Below, piece after piece: positions 44,521 to 54,675 of a stretch of DNA of 64,000 nt. Position 1 is the first letter of the stretch; the number at the start of each line of letters is the position of its first letter. Origin of the DNA: an uncultured Planctomycetota bacterium (lineage in GTDB: Bacteria > Planctomycetota > Planctomycetia > Gemmatales > Gemmataceae); NCBI GenBank assembly GCA_963849325.1, contig CAWKHF010000010.1, positions 480,001 through 544,000 of the forward strand. The letters run 5' to 3'. The notes below the pieces were generated by a model. That model did no database searches. It was not told the DNA's origin and worked only from the letters and a program-made list of their open reading frames with translations. The translations under genes were made by a program, and so were the position numbers.

Positions 44521-47500
44521 CTACAAACCAACCTCTTGCCCCTCGTTCCGCCGCCGATTCCTTGCGACCCGTTCCCGGAAGGTCGAAGACTTGATGGATG
44601 AACCAGCGGCCGTGCTGGAGTGGTCGGAAGGAGTCGCAGAAGGCGTGAGGTCTTCGGGAACAACCTGGGGTATGGATTCAGCTAGTGGGGATGCCTCCGG
44701 CGGAGATGCGGCGGCATCGGAACCAGTCGTTAGTTCGGAAGTGGACGCTGGCTGATTTCGGCGGCGGATGCGGGCGGTGACTGGCTCCTCAGCGGAGGAT
44801 GCCTTCGGTCTGTCCCGCTGTGGCGTGGCGTCGATGGTGTGCGCGGCCTTGAGGGACTTGATACGCTCGGCGAGTTCGGCCGCCGTGGACTTGGCCTCGT
44901 CGCCTTTCGCCTGGGCCGTTGCGGAAAGGCCGGCTTTGAGCTGATCCCGCAAGAGGGTCAGTTCAGACAGATAGGCGTCGTGGAGGAAGGGCTGGCCGAG
45001 GCGTGCTTGGTAGTCCCGCAGCTGCGCTTCCGCGATGGCGAGGTCTTGCCGGACGCGGGCGCAGTCTGTGCCATAGGCGTTGGCCAGACGTTCCACCGCG
45101 TTGAGGACAGCACGCGGCCCCTGGTGTTCCCGCAAGAAGCCGGCCTGGCGCGTGGCGGCACCCTCTAGGTACACGTCGGGCGCGCTGTGGGGATGCAGGA
45201 CCAGGCCGAAATGCAGGCCGCGATAGATGCCCAAAGGGACGCGGCGCGTCTCACGGACGTGCAGAGGCAAAGAATCCAGTTCGATGCCCAATGCACCCGC
45301 TGCATCCTCACGGGCGTACCTGTGCCGACCGATGGTAATGGGGTCAGCGGCGTGAGTGGCGGCGGTGGCTTGATCGGCAGTGAGGGCGGATAAACGCTCG
45401 GACAGGCTGGCAATGGTTCCCGGCAAGTCGCGCACCCTGCGGCGGGCGACGTACTGCTCGTCCAGGTGGTTCTTTTTCAAGAGGGCAAGTCGTTGCAACT
45501 CGGCATCGGCCTCGGCCAGGGTCAGGACTGCCGGGTTGCCCGATGCAATCGCCTTGACTTCCGCGTAGGACAATTCCTGGCCGCCGATGTCCTCGGCGCG
45601 GCGGGCGGTACTCTCGCCGGTCATCACCTGGGCGATGAAGCGGGCCTTGGTTTCCAGCGCTTGCCACATATAGGCGTCGAACGAGCCTTCGGTGACGTAG
45701 CGATAGACGGCCACTTCCTCGTTCTCGTTGCCCTGGCGCAAGATGCGGCCCTCGCGTTGTTCAACCTCGGCCGGCTTCCAAGGTGCGTCCAGGTGATGCA
45801 GCGCCACCAGGCGTTTCTGCACGTTGGTGCCGGTGCCCATCTTCTGCGTGCTACCGAGCAGCACACGCACCGAGCCGTTGCGGACCTTCTCGAAGAGGGC
45901 CTGCTTCTTGGCGTCGGAGTCAGCGTCCCCGATGGCGGCGATCTGTTCGCGGGGGACGCCGTGGGCGACGAGCTTCCTGATAATGTCGCCGTAAGCCGAA
46001 TAGTCCCAATCGGTCGGATGAACGCCCATGTCGCAAAAGATCATCTGCGTGCCGCGTGTCGCCGCCGTCCGCTCCCAGACAGCCGCGACCTTCTCCACCA
46101 GAGCGTTGACCTTGGAGCCGGGGAAGTCAGGGGCGGTCGCGGAAAGCATCCGGGCGTCGAGGGCGAGCTTGCGGCCGTCGGTGGTGATGGCCAGGGCGTT
46201 GTCTTCGCGTGGGTCCACCTTCTGCGACCGCAGCCGCTCGTAGCGTTCCACGAGCTTCTGCTGGAGGTCGTGCTGCTCCTCGGACATCGGGCAGGCGACG
46301 ACAATAGCTTTGCCGCTCTCCAGATGGGGGCGGGGCAGGTCGAGCATCTCGGCCGTCTGCACATCGGCGAAGGACCGGAACATCTGCTGAAGTTCCGGGA
46401 GATTCGTGAATCGGGCGAACCGACTGCGCGGCCGTAGCGATGCCCCATCGGGGGAGATTTCCATTGTGTCGATGACTTCGCCGAAGGTGCCGGCCCAGGC
46501 GTCGAAGTGTTCGATGCCGCGTTGACGCAGCCCTTCGGGGTCGAGGAAGCGTTGCATGGTGTACATCTCGACCATCGTATTACTGATGGGCGTGCCGGTG
46601 GCGAAGGTAACGCCGTGGCCGGCGTGCTGCTCGTGCAGGTAACGGGCTTTCATGTACACATCGAACGCGCGTTCGCTGCCGCCGGTCTGGATGCCGGCGA
46701 CGCGCTCCATCTTGGTCGGCGTCTCCAGGTTCTTGAAGTAGTGGGCCTCGTCGATGAAGACGTGATCGACGCCGAGTTCATCGAACACCAGGCCGTCGTC
46801 CTTCTTGTCCTCGGCGAGCAAGTCCGTGAGGCGTTCGACGCGGGCGGCCTTCTGCTTTTCGATGGTCTTGATGAGGTTACGGTTGCTGCCTCGGTCGGCG
46901 GCGTGTTCGCGGAGCAGTTGGTCGTACTCCTCGATCTGCTCGCGCAGGAACGTCTCTTGGTACTCCCGCGACATGCCGATGCGCTCGAAGCTGCTGTGGG
47001 TGACGATGATGCCATCCCATTCGCCACTGGCGATCTTGGCGGTCAAGTGCTTGCGACGGTCCCGCGACAAATCCTCCTTGGCGGCGACGAGCAGCTTGGC
47101 GTTGGGGTAGAGCTGCATGAACTCGCGGGCGAACTGCTCCAGCAGATGATTGGGCACGACGTACATCGGCTTGTGGATCAGCCCGGCCTGCTTCATCTTC
47201 ATGCCAGTGGCCGCCATCGTGAACGTCTTGCCGGCGCCGACGGCGTGGGCCAAGCAGCGTGTTGCCGCTGCTCATGCCGCGCCACACGGCATCGTTCTGG
47301 TGCGGCCGGAGCCGGATGGTCTGGTTCATGCCGGGGAAATCCAGATGCGAGCCATCGAAGAGGCGGGGGCGGAGGTTGTTGTAGGTGTCGTTGTAAATGC
47401 GTACCAGCCGCTCGGTGCGGTCGGGATCGGCGAAAACCCAGGAGCGGAACCGCTCCTTGATGAGTTTTTGCTTCTCGCGTGCGGCAAACGTCGCCTCCTG

Positions 47501-50265
47501 GTTGACCACGCGCTCCTCGCGGTCGCCGTGGTTGATGGTGTCGTAGATCACCGGCGTCTTGAGGTTCAGGGCCAGGTCGAACAGCCAGGTGCCGTTGGCG
47601 CGGGCCGTGCCGTACTCGGAAGTCGCAGCTACCGACTGCGTGGCGGCGTAGTCGGCGTCCAGGTTCCAGACGGCATCCTTTTTCAGGTGCGCGACCGGGA
47701 CCGAAGCTGGCTCGACGTGGAAGAGATCGGCGGCGAACGCCTGGATGTCGCTTTCCGGTATCCACGGCGCGCCGAGGTTGGCGTCGATGTCGCCGGGCAG
47801 CACGTCTTCCGGCTGCACGCCGCGCAGAGCCTCGACGTTGCGGGCATAAGGGGGGCCGGCGCGTTCGGCGGCGGTGAGCTTGGCCCGCACGTTGCCGGAG
47901 AGGTAGGCATCGGCGGTCTGCCAGGTCTGCGATTCCGGGTCGTGAAAGATCAGGTCGCCCAGCTCGGTGATGATCGGTTCTTCGGCCTTGCCGTACAGCG
48001 TATCGATGTAAGGCAGGTCCACCATGCCTCGCTGGTTGAGGGAGACGAGCAAGCCTTCCTCGGCGCTCTTGACGTGGGTGACGGGCGGGGTCTTGCCCAC
48101 CACGTCCTTGGTCATGATGGCGGCCTTGCCGGCCTTGCCCGTTACCTCGTCGTAGTCCTCCAACGACATGACCAGCATGGCGTCCGGGTCTTCGCGGAAC
48201 TTCACGAGGTTGGGCATCCGGCGGATGGTATGGCCGTCGGTGGTTTCGCCGAAGGTGGTCTTGTTGATGGGGCCGTAGGTGAAGACGAAGCGGTCGTAGT
48301 CCCAATTGAGCGCCCGGCGCGCCTCCTGGCGGGCTGGTTCAGGCCAGCCTTCGTTCTGCGATTGCAGGACGCGGCGGGCCAAGTCGCGCAGGCGGATCAG
48401 GCCGGCCAAACGCCGGCCGGTCAACGAACCGCCGGCCGTCAGGGTCGTGCCGCCATAGACCACGGGCACCGCCTGTCCGTCGAGGGATTGGCAGATGGTG
48501 CGGTTGTCGGCGATAAAGAAGCTGCCTTCGCTGATGTGGCGCTCCGGCGGCGGGGGTGTGAAGGCGGCGGTCGGCTGTTCCTGAACCGGAGTCGCTTGTA
48601 GCGGAGCGTATTCGGGTAGGCGGTGGATCGCCTCTTTCAGCTGCTCGGTCAAGTCACCATTGCCGAGGACGCTGTAGCCCTCGCCGTAGAGCGTATCCTT
48701 GCTGGTCCAGGCACCCAGGACCATTTCGGGATGGTTCAGGAAGTAGCGATTGATCGGAACCTCCACGCTCCTCGATGGCCAGCGGGGCAACGCCGAGCCA
48801 TTCGGGGTCGGCATGATGGGCCGGCTCGTCCGGCGCTCGCTTGCGGAGGAAGAGGATGTCCGTGACCACGGCCGTGCCTTCCCGCTTGAAGGCGTCGGAG
48901 GGCAGGCGGATCGCTCCCACGAAGTCGGCTTTGTCGGCCAGATACTCGCGGATGGCGGCATTCTGCTTGTCGAGCGTGAAATGCGTCGTGACCAGACGCC
49001 AGCACGCCGCCGGGCTTGAGGGCGTCGATGGACTTGGCGAAGAAGTAGTCGTGCAGAGCGAGCTTGTGCCCGCGATAGTCGAGCTTCAGGTCGGCGAAGG
49101 GCACGTTGCCGATCACCGCATCAATGCGGTCTTCGGGCAAGCGGGTATCGCGGAAGTTCTCGATGCGGATGTCCTGGTCGGGGTGCAGCGCTTTGGCGAT
49201 ACGACCCGAAATGCTGTCCAATTCCACGCCGATGAAACGCATTCCGTCCGGCCCCTGACTCATAAAGTTGCCGATGCCGCAGCCGGGTTCGAGGACGGTT
49301 GCATTTCCGGGAATTCCGAGGCGGGCGATACCCGCATGGATGGCCGCGATGACGGTCGGGGACGTGTAGAAGGCGTTGAAGGTGGTGCGTTTGGCGCTAT
49401 CGTATTCCTCCGGCGAGAGCAACGTCTTCAATTCCTCGCCGAGAGTCTGCCAGCTGGCATCCTTGTAGCGGCCGGTGACAGGATCGGGGAAGATCGACAG
49501 GGCGACTGGCCCGAACCCCGCGAAGCGGGCGAGGATGTGCTTCTCCTCCGGGGTGGCCGGTCGCTGCTCGGTCTCGATCCGCTTGACAGTGCGGATGGCG
49601 GCGAGAATGTCGCGGGCCTTGGCTTTTTCGCCGCTGGCGATGGGAGAAGGGGAGGTAGGCCAGGGCCGTTCCGCGGCGGCAGCGTGCCGGTCGGACGGCT
49701 CGGCGGCATGGAGCGGCGAGGGTTTCGTTGGGGTAGCCGGCTCCGGCGCTTCCGTTGCTTTTGGTGGCTCCGGGGCGGCGAGGACCGGATCGGATTGAGG
49801 AAGGGAATCGAAGAGCGAGGGTTGACGCCGTGCCGCCTTTACGCGGGCGGCGTATGACGGCGAACGAACGCCATTGCTGCTTCCAGAGAGAGTGGGCTGG
49901 CTGCGTCTGGCGGAGACACGGGCGGCAAACGATCCTCCAGTTTCTTGAGGGCGATCTCCAGAGCCGCGCTCGCGATCTGGTTCGGATTGCTTCTCGGTTT
50001 CGCCAGGCTGAGGAGTTCCTTCCAGACTTCGTGGCTGGTCTTCAGTTCCTTGGCGTAGTGTTCCAGCGTCGGCAGCAGGCTCCGCGTTCTGCGGAGTTGC
50101 TCCTGCATCTCCGGTCGTTGCTGGAGGAGTTCGAGTACCATCGTCTTGTACAGCATTGTGACTTCCTTCTGGATCGGGGGTAACGGCGTCTGGTGGCTCA
50201 GGCGTATTGCCTGGGCCGGCTGGGAAGAGCAAGCGTTGTCGCCAGGAGGGCGGCTTCCGGGCCAT
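44521..50265 (-). CDS. ~1,900-aa N6-adenine methyltransferase + SNF2-type helicase (DarB-like); frameshifts near 49000, 48765 and 47250
   Basis: 'NAFYTS', 'LEPGCGIGNF', 'IGNVPF', 'HAVGAGKT', 'IDEAHYFKN', 'ATGTPISN', 'MGTGTNVQ', 'EQREGRILRQGN'. Confidence 0.9.
49839..50156 (-). CDS. 105-aa helical protein nested in an alternative frame of the methylase-helicase 5' region
   Basis: Own RBS AAGGAAG; amphipathic-looking sequence 'MLYKTMVLELLQQRPEMQEQLRR...'. Confidence 0.65.
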   Translation of the reverse strand: MLYKTMVLELLQQRPEMQEQLRRTRSLLPTLEHYAKELKTSHEVWKELLSLAKPRSNPNQIASAALEIALKKLEDRLPPVSPPDAASPLSLEAAMAFVRRHTPPA

Positions 50266-50360
50266 CGTCAGGAACCGTCAGGGAACTGTGGTTCCCGACT
50301 TCGTACTCCGCTAGGGGATCGCGGTTGGCCCTCGGTCGGGTCATTGGAGACGTACATCCT

Positions 50361-50576
50361 CGGCTCGATTCCTTGGTGAAATGCTACTTACAGGGTATAC
50401 TATTTCAGCATTCTTGGCAAGCGTCATGAATGGGTGCTGGGATGCTTGCCCCTCTGCCTATCCCCTTTGCATGTCTTGATTACCCGATAGGGCGAGCAGG
50501 GCGAGCAGGGCGAGTTTGCCGCCGGGCCTCTTGCCTCGCACACTGTCAGTCGCCGTTTTCGGGACGGGTCCAAGAG
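50361..50576 (-). promoter_or_regulatory. Conserved upstream repeat copy 2
   Basis: Minus strand TTGCCA-17nt-TACCCT and AAGGA RBS; only the left hairpin arm is retained. Confidence 0.7.
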
Positions 50577-50673
50577 GTCAACATTAGCAGTTCTTTCGCG
50601 GTTGTCTGCACCTGAATTAGATCGCCGTGCTGCTCCGCCGACAATTCCGTATCCAGCAGTCTTTCCGTCATCG

Positions 50674-52419
50674 TCACCATCTCATCGAGCGCCCGCGCAA
50701 CTGTCGCTGAAAGTTTTCCAGACGGTCGCTGACAGCCTGAGCGGCTTGCTCCGCGCTCTGCCTGGCTTCAATCAACTCCCGTTCGCGGTTGACTTGCTCG
50801 CTGATGTCCAGAAAGGTGACGACGGCGCCGATCACCTGGCCGTTGCGGTGGATCGGGTATGACCACCATTCCACCGGGAAACTGGTGCCGTCGGCACGCC
50901 AGAAGACTTCGTCCTTCCCATGCGTCCGACAGCCTTCTCGGAATGCCTGGTAGATGGAACATTCCTCGATGGAGTAAGGTGTGCCGTCCGGGCGGCTGTG
51001 GTGGAACACACCATGCGTGTTCCGGCCCAGCAGATCACGCGGGTCTTGAAGTCCCAACAGGCTGGCGCAGGCCGGATTGCAGAAGGAGCAATTCCCATTG
51101 ACATCAGCCCAGTACATCGCCTCCGCAGTGGATTCGAGCAACAGGCGGATCTGCTCCTCGCTTTCCCGCAAGGCTGCTTCGGATCGCACCAGTTCGTCGG
51201 CCAGCCAGCCCTCGACAGCGCGGGCCAGGTCCGCAGCAGTCTGGTAACGGTCGCTGGGATGATAAGCCATCGCCTTCAGGCAAACCGCCTCCAGTCCTCG
51301 CGGGATGTCGTCGCGCAGTTGGGAGGGCGCTGACACCTGCCCCTTGCGGACTTGCAATAAAACCTCCAGCGTATCCGCCCCCTGATAGGGACATCGGCCG
51401 ACCAAGATTTCGTACAGGATGACTCCCAGCGCGTAGATGTCGGTCAACGGCCCGGCAGGGTGGCCGTTTATCTGCTCCGGCGAAATGTAGGCCGGAGTAC
51501 CAAGGATTTGACCCGCCTGGGTCAGTCCCTGGTCCACGGCGGGAATGTCGAGGACTGACGGAGTACTACTGCCCGGTTCCAGCCACTTGGCCAAGCCCCA
51601 ATCGAGCACAAGGGTTTCGCCGAAGTCCCCGAGCATGATGTTGCTTGGCTTCAAGTCGCGGTGGATCACGCTCTGAGTGTGGGCGAAGCCGATCGTTTGG
51701 CAAATGTCGCCGAAGTGCCGCAGCAGGTCACGGAAGGCCAAAGGGGTTGGCTGCTGGTGATACGCGGAAATGGCATCTTCCAGGGTGCGGCCATGCACGA
51801 ACTTCATGACATAATAAGGCGTGCCGCACTCGTTTTCGCCAACGAGATGAATGGGCACGATCCCCGGATGGGTCAGTTGCCCCATGAGGCGGGCTTCGCG
51901 CACGAACCGCTCCCGGATCTGGCGATCCGCAGCCAATTCCGGCCGCAGTTCCTTGATGGCGACTTCGCGGTTCAGCTTCGGATCGTGGGCCTTCCAAATC
52001 TGCCCCATGCCGCCAGTCGCGTGCAGATCCTTTCGCTCGTAACCGCTTGCGGGGAGGGCGGCGATGTAGGGAGAGGTCGTCCCCCCGGCCGGCGTGGAAA
52101 ATGGCGCGACGGAGTGCTTGACGCCGAGACCCATCGAGGATGAGCCGGACAGCCGATGGATGGAATCGTCGGCGACAACATGGCTGCTCTGCTTTCGCAA
52201 CTTCCGTTCGAGCAACCGCTCCACATCGGCTCGGTCGTCCGCGGAGAGCCACCCGCGTTCCACGAGCAGATCGGCCAAAACACCGTCCATGCGGGTAGCC
52301 CATGCCGAGCAAGCGTCGGCAAACTGAAGGGCGTCCACCAAGCCGGCCTGCAAGGCAAGCACCCCGAAGTGCAGGTTCTGGTCGGCCGCCATAGGCATTG
52401 CTGACCTGTTTTCGGTCAT
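50674..52419 (-). CDS. Ser/Thr protein kinase with C-terminal PAS domain
   Basis: 'GGMGQIW', 'HRDLKPSN', 'DWGLAK', 'GTPAYISPE'; PAS 'HHSRPDGTPY...EVFWRADGTSFPVE'. Confidence 0.9.
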   Translation of the reverse strand: MTENRSAMPMAADQNLHFGVLALQAGLVDALQFADACSAWATRMDGVLADLLVERGWLSADDRADVERLLERKLRKQSSHVVADDSIHRLSGSSSMGLGVKHSVAPFSTPAGGTTSPYIAALPASGYERKDLHATGGMGQIWKAHDPKLNREVAIKELRPELAADRQIRERFVREARLMGQLTHPGIVPIHLVGENECGTPYYVMKFVHGRTLEDAISAYHQQPTPLAFRDLLRHFGDICQTIGFAHTQSVIHRDLKPSNIMLGDFGETLVLDWGLAKWLEPGSSTPSVLDIPAVDQGLTQAGQILGTPAYISPEQINGHPAGPLTDIYALGVILYEILVGRCPYQGADTLEVLLQVRKGQVSAPSQLRDDIPRGLEAVCLKAMAYHPSDRYQTAADLARAVEGWLADELVRSEAALRESEEQIRLLLESTAEAMYWADVNGNCSFCNPACASLLGLQDPRDLLGRNTHGVFHHSRPDGTPYSIEECSIYQAFREGCRTHGKDEVFWRADGTSFPVEWWSYPIHRNGQVIGAVVTFLDISEQVNRERELIEARQSAEQAAQAVSDRLENFQRQLRGRSMRW

Positions 52420-52437
52420 AACACAAACTTCCACTGC

Positions 52438-52926
52438 CTACCGATCCGGGCTGAGATGGGCCTCCACCATCCAGAGCCATTTGTCGATGCCGCGCGAAAC
52501 TTCCGTGAACACGTCAGACGTATCCGCATCGCCGAACTCATCCGCTTGGTTAATTGCTTCCCGAACGGACTTGCCGAATGTTGCCAGCGCGTTGGACAGA
52601 GCGGCCACATGATCGCGCCCGCTCGTGATGGTCAATGGATACTCGGGCAGGGATGATTTGGCCGCAACCGTCCGCGCCGTCCCTTCCACGGTTCCGCCCA
52701 GCTGCACCGCGCGTTCCGCGATCAAGTCCACATAATCCTCGACCTCTTCATTGATCTCATCGAAAAGCTTGTGCAGGGCGATGAACTCCGGCCCCTTGAC
52801 GTTCCAGTGAGCTTGCTTGGTCTGGGTCTGCAAGTCAATGCAGTCCGCCAGCCTGCTGCCCAGCAGCACAACCGCCTTCGAGCGAACGCTCTCCGGAAGA
52901 TCATTTTTCGTGGGGTGCAACCGCAT
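52438..52926 (-). CDS. dps: DNA starvation/stationary-phase protection protein Dps
   Basis: 'KQAHWNVKGPEFIALHKLFD', 'DLIAERAVQLGG', 'DKWLWMVEAH'. Confidence 0.96.
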   Translation of the reverse strand: MRLHPTKNDLPESVRSKAVVLLGSRLADCIDLQTQTKQAHWNVKGPEFIALHKLFDEINEEVEDYVDLIAERAVQLGGTVEGTARTVAAKSSLPEYPLTITSGRDHVAALSNALATFGKSVREAINQADEFGDADTSDVFTEVSRGIDKWLWMVEAHLSPDR

Positions 52927-52995
52927 CGGCGTCTCCTCTTTTTTGCTTGAGACTGTTCTTTCCGTGAGTTTCTAATCCACACGGCCTAGGATTGA

Positions 52996-53532
52996 TCAGG
53001 CTGCTTTTTTGCAGACGACTTCCGTTGAAGCCGCAGCTTTCCATTGTGCGTGTTGAATGGCATTTGGCCGGTCGCCTGCGTCTTCGACGATACCGTCCAC
53101 ATATGCCGCGAACTCCACATCGTACCACTCGCGCAGAATGGACCAGGCGGCCCTCATCCCAGGCGACACAAAAAGGCCAAGCAACGACCTTTTGAAGCTG
53201 TTGAAAGCCAGTTCATCGAGCAGATGATCGCGGTGCTGAAGAAATGAGTCTTCCGCCCCCAAAAAAACCGCACGGCAATAGCCGATGAATTGTACCAGTT
53301 GGGTTGCAGTGACTTCCGTGTCGCCGTTCATGCAACGGTGATATGCCTCCGCGAAGTCCGTATCCATGAGACGCATCGCGATGTCGGCTGATCGACAGGC
53401 TCTTCCTTGCTGGATCAACGCCCGTTGGTTCTTCTCGGACTGCTGGATCTGACGCTTGAGTAGCAGCAAGGAAATCAGGACAGCAACGGCACTTACTGTA
53501 CCTGCCAGAGTTGTCAGTACGGAAAGACTCAT
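52996..53532 (-). CDS. Hypothetical protein with N-terminal TM anchor
   Basis: 178-aa ORF, RBS GAGG, hydrophobic N-terminus. Confidence 0.65.
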   Translation of the reverse strand: MSLSVLTTLAGTVSAVAVLISLLLLKRQIQQSEKNQRALIQQGRACRSADIAMRLMDTDFAEAYHRCMNGDTEVTATQLVQFIGYCRAVFLGAEDSFLQHRDHLLDELAFNSFKRSLLGLFVSPGMRAAWSILREWYDVEFAAYVDGIVEDAGDRPNAIQHAQWKAAASTEVVCKKAA

Positions 53533-53645
53533 TTAGACCTCGGCTGATAGAGATAGATACAAGTCAAGGCTACTAATCAGCGGTGAGTTGAGTGTCAAGA
53601 GGAGTCTAATTTTGACGGTCGCGGCTCGTTGAGTGTTTTGGGGTA

Positions 53646-54434
53646 TCACTCCGGCAATACTGCATACGTGTCTTCGTTTGCATTTATCCCCACGATCGAC
53701 CGCTTGCCGCACACGATACCCCCCTGCACGATTCCCATGGTCTCGTCCACCTTCATGAAGGCGTCTGCATTGTTTGGACTGATCTGCTCGGCGAAATGCT
53801 GGAATTCATCGCCCTGGAAATAGAGCGTGTGGTCGAACTCAGCACTAGCATTGACTTGGCCGTCGTGGATGTGCAAGGTGGGAAAGTAAAGTCCCTCGTC
53901 CATTTCGGTCGGGAACTGGAAAGCCATGGGATGAATCCGCCGTGCAGTGCCATTGGCGCTCGGTTGGCCAGCAGGGCTCTCCTTGAGCTGGAAGACGGCA
54001 AATCCCCAGTCGCTGTATTGCGGCAGCTGGTTCCAGGTCGCGGCCGGCAAACGAAAGCGAGCGTCCAGCCGGTCGAAATCGGCCAGCGTAGGCACAAAGC
54101 TGGCGATGAAATCGCCGACTGATTGCACCTCTAGTTTGATCCGCGTCGATCCAGCGTCGCCGACAATACCTTTGCCCAGTCCGACAATCGGTGTAGGAAA
54201 GCCCTTTTCCATGTCCTCGAAGAACTCGGGGTAGCCATTGAGGGGGATGAAGTCCAGCGCGTCCTCGACTTGGCTGCTGACCGGCAATGGAAGGATCATC
54301 GCTACTTCCGAGTCAGTGCTGACGCTCATGCTGTAAACAAGATATTGGGCAATTTCGTCTGCATCATTGACCGTCAGCCGGGCAAAAATCTTCGTCCCGC
54401 CGAGGTGAGAGACGCGGCCAGTGAAAATACACAT
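53646..54434 (-). CDS. Conserved hypothetical protein (DUF2330-like)
   Basis: RBS GGAGG; 'AMILPLPV', 'WGFAVFQLK', 'IHPMAF', 'FPTLHIHDG'. Confidence 0.65.
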   Translation of the reverse strand: MCIFTGRVSHLGGTKIFARLTVNDADEIAQYLVYSMSVSTDSEVAMILPLPVSSQVEDALDFIPLNGYPEFFEDMEKGFPTPIVGLGKGIVGDAGSTRIKLEVQSVGDFIASFVPTLADFDRLDARFRLPAATWNQLPQYSDWGFAVFQLKESPAGQPSANGTARRIHPMAFQFPTEMDEGLYFPTLHIHDGQVNASAEFDHTLYFQGDEFQHFAEQISPNNADAFMKVDETMGIVQGGIVCGKRSIVGINANEDTYAVLPE

Positions 54435-54656
54435 GGATGATCCTCCGTTCGATATCCCTCAAATCCGTGCTTGACGTATAGGACATTAGCTTGGGCTATT
54501 TTACTGGCAAGTGCCTGGATGCCGCGCTCTCCGACTCTGTGAAAGCGAGCCGTGACTGCATGGGCGCGGAGCAGTAGAACCTGGCGACGGTGTACATCGC
54601 AGTAATCCACTTGCTGGCTGGAGTGGAGCACCGAGCCGCGCAGCCGCCCTGTGGTC

Positions 54657-54675
54657 CGCGATGGAGGTTATTCAT
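54657..54675 (-). pseudogene. Family 1 encapsulin (linocin M18-like) 5' stub
   Basis: ATG AAT AAC CTC CAT CGC = MNNLHR overlapping the DyP stop; then diverges from the expected ELAPIS. Confidence 0.65.

Noticed and set aside
43371-44663. 430-aa minus-strand ORF after the tRNA
   Set aside because: Low-complexity R/P/G/S-rich translation crossing a promoter repeat, a hairpin and a better small ORF; likely spurious
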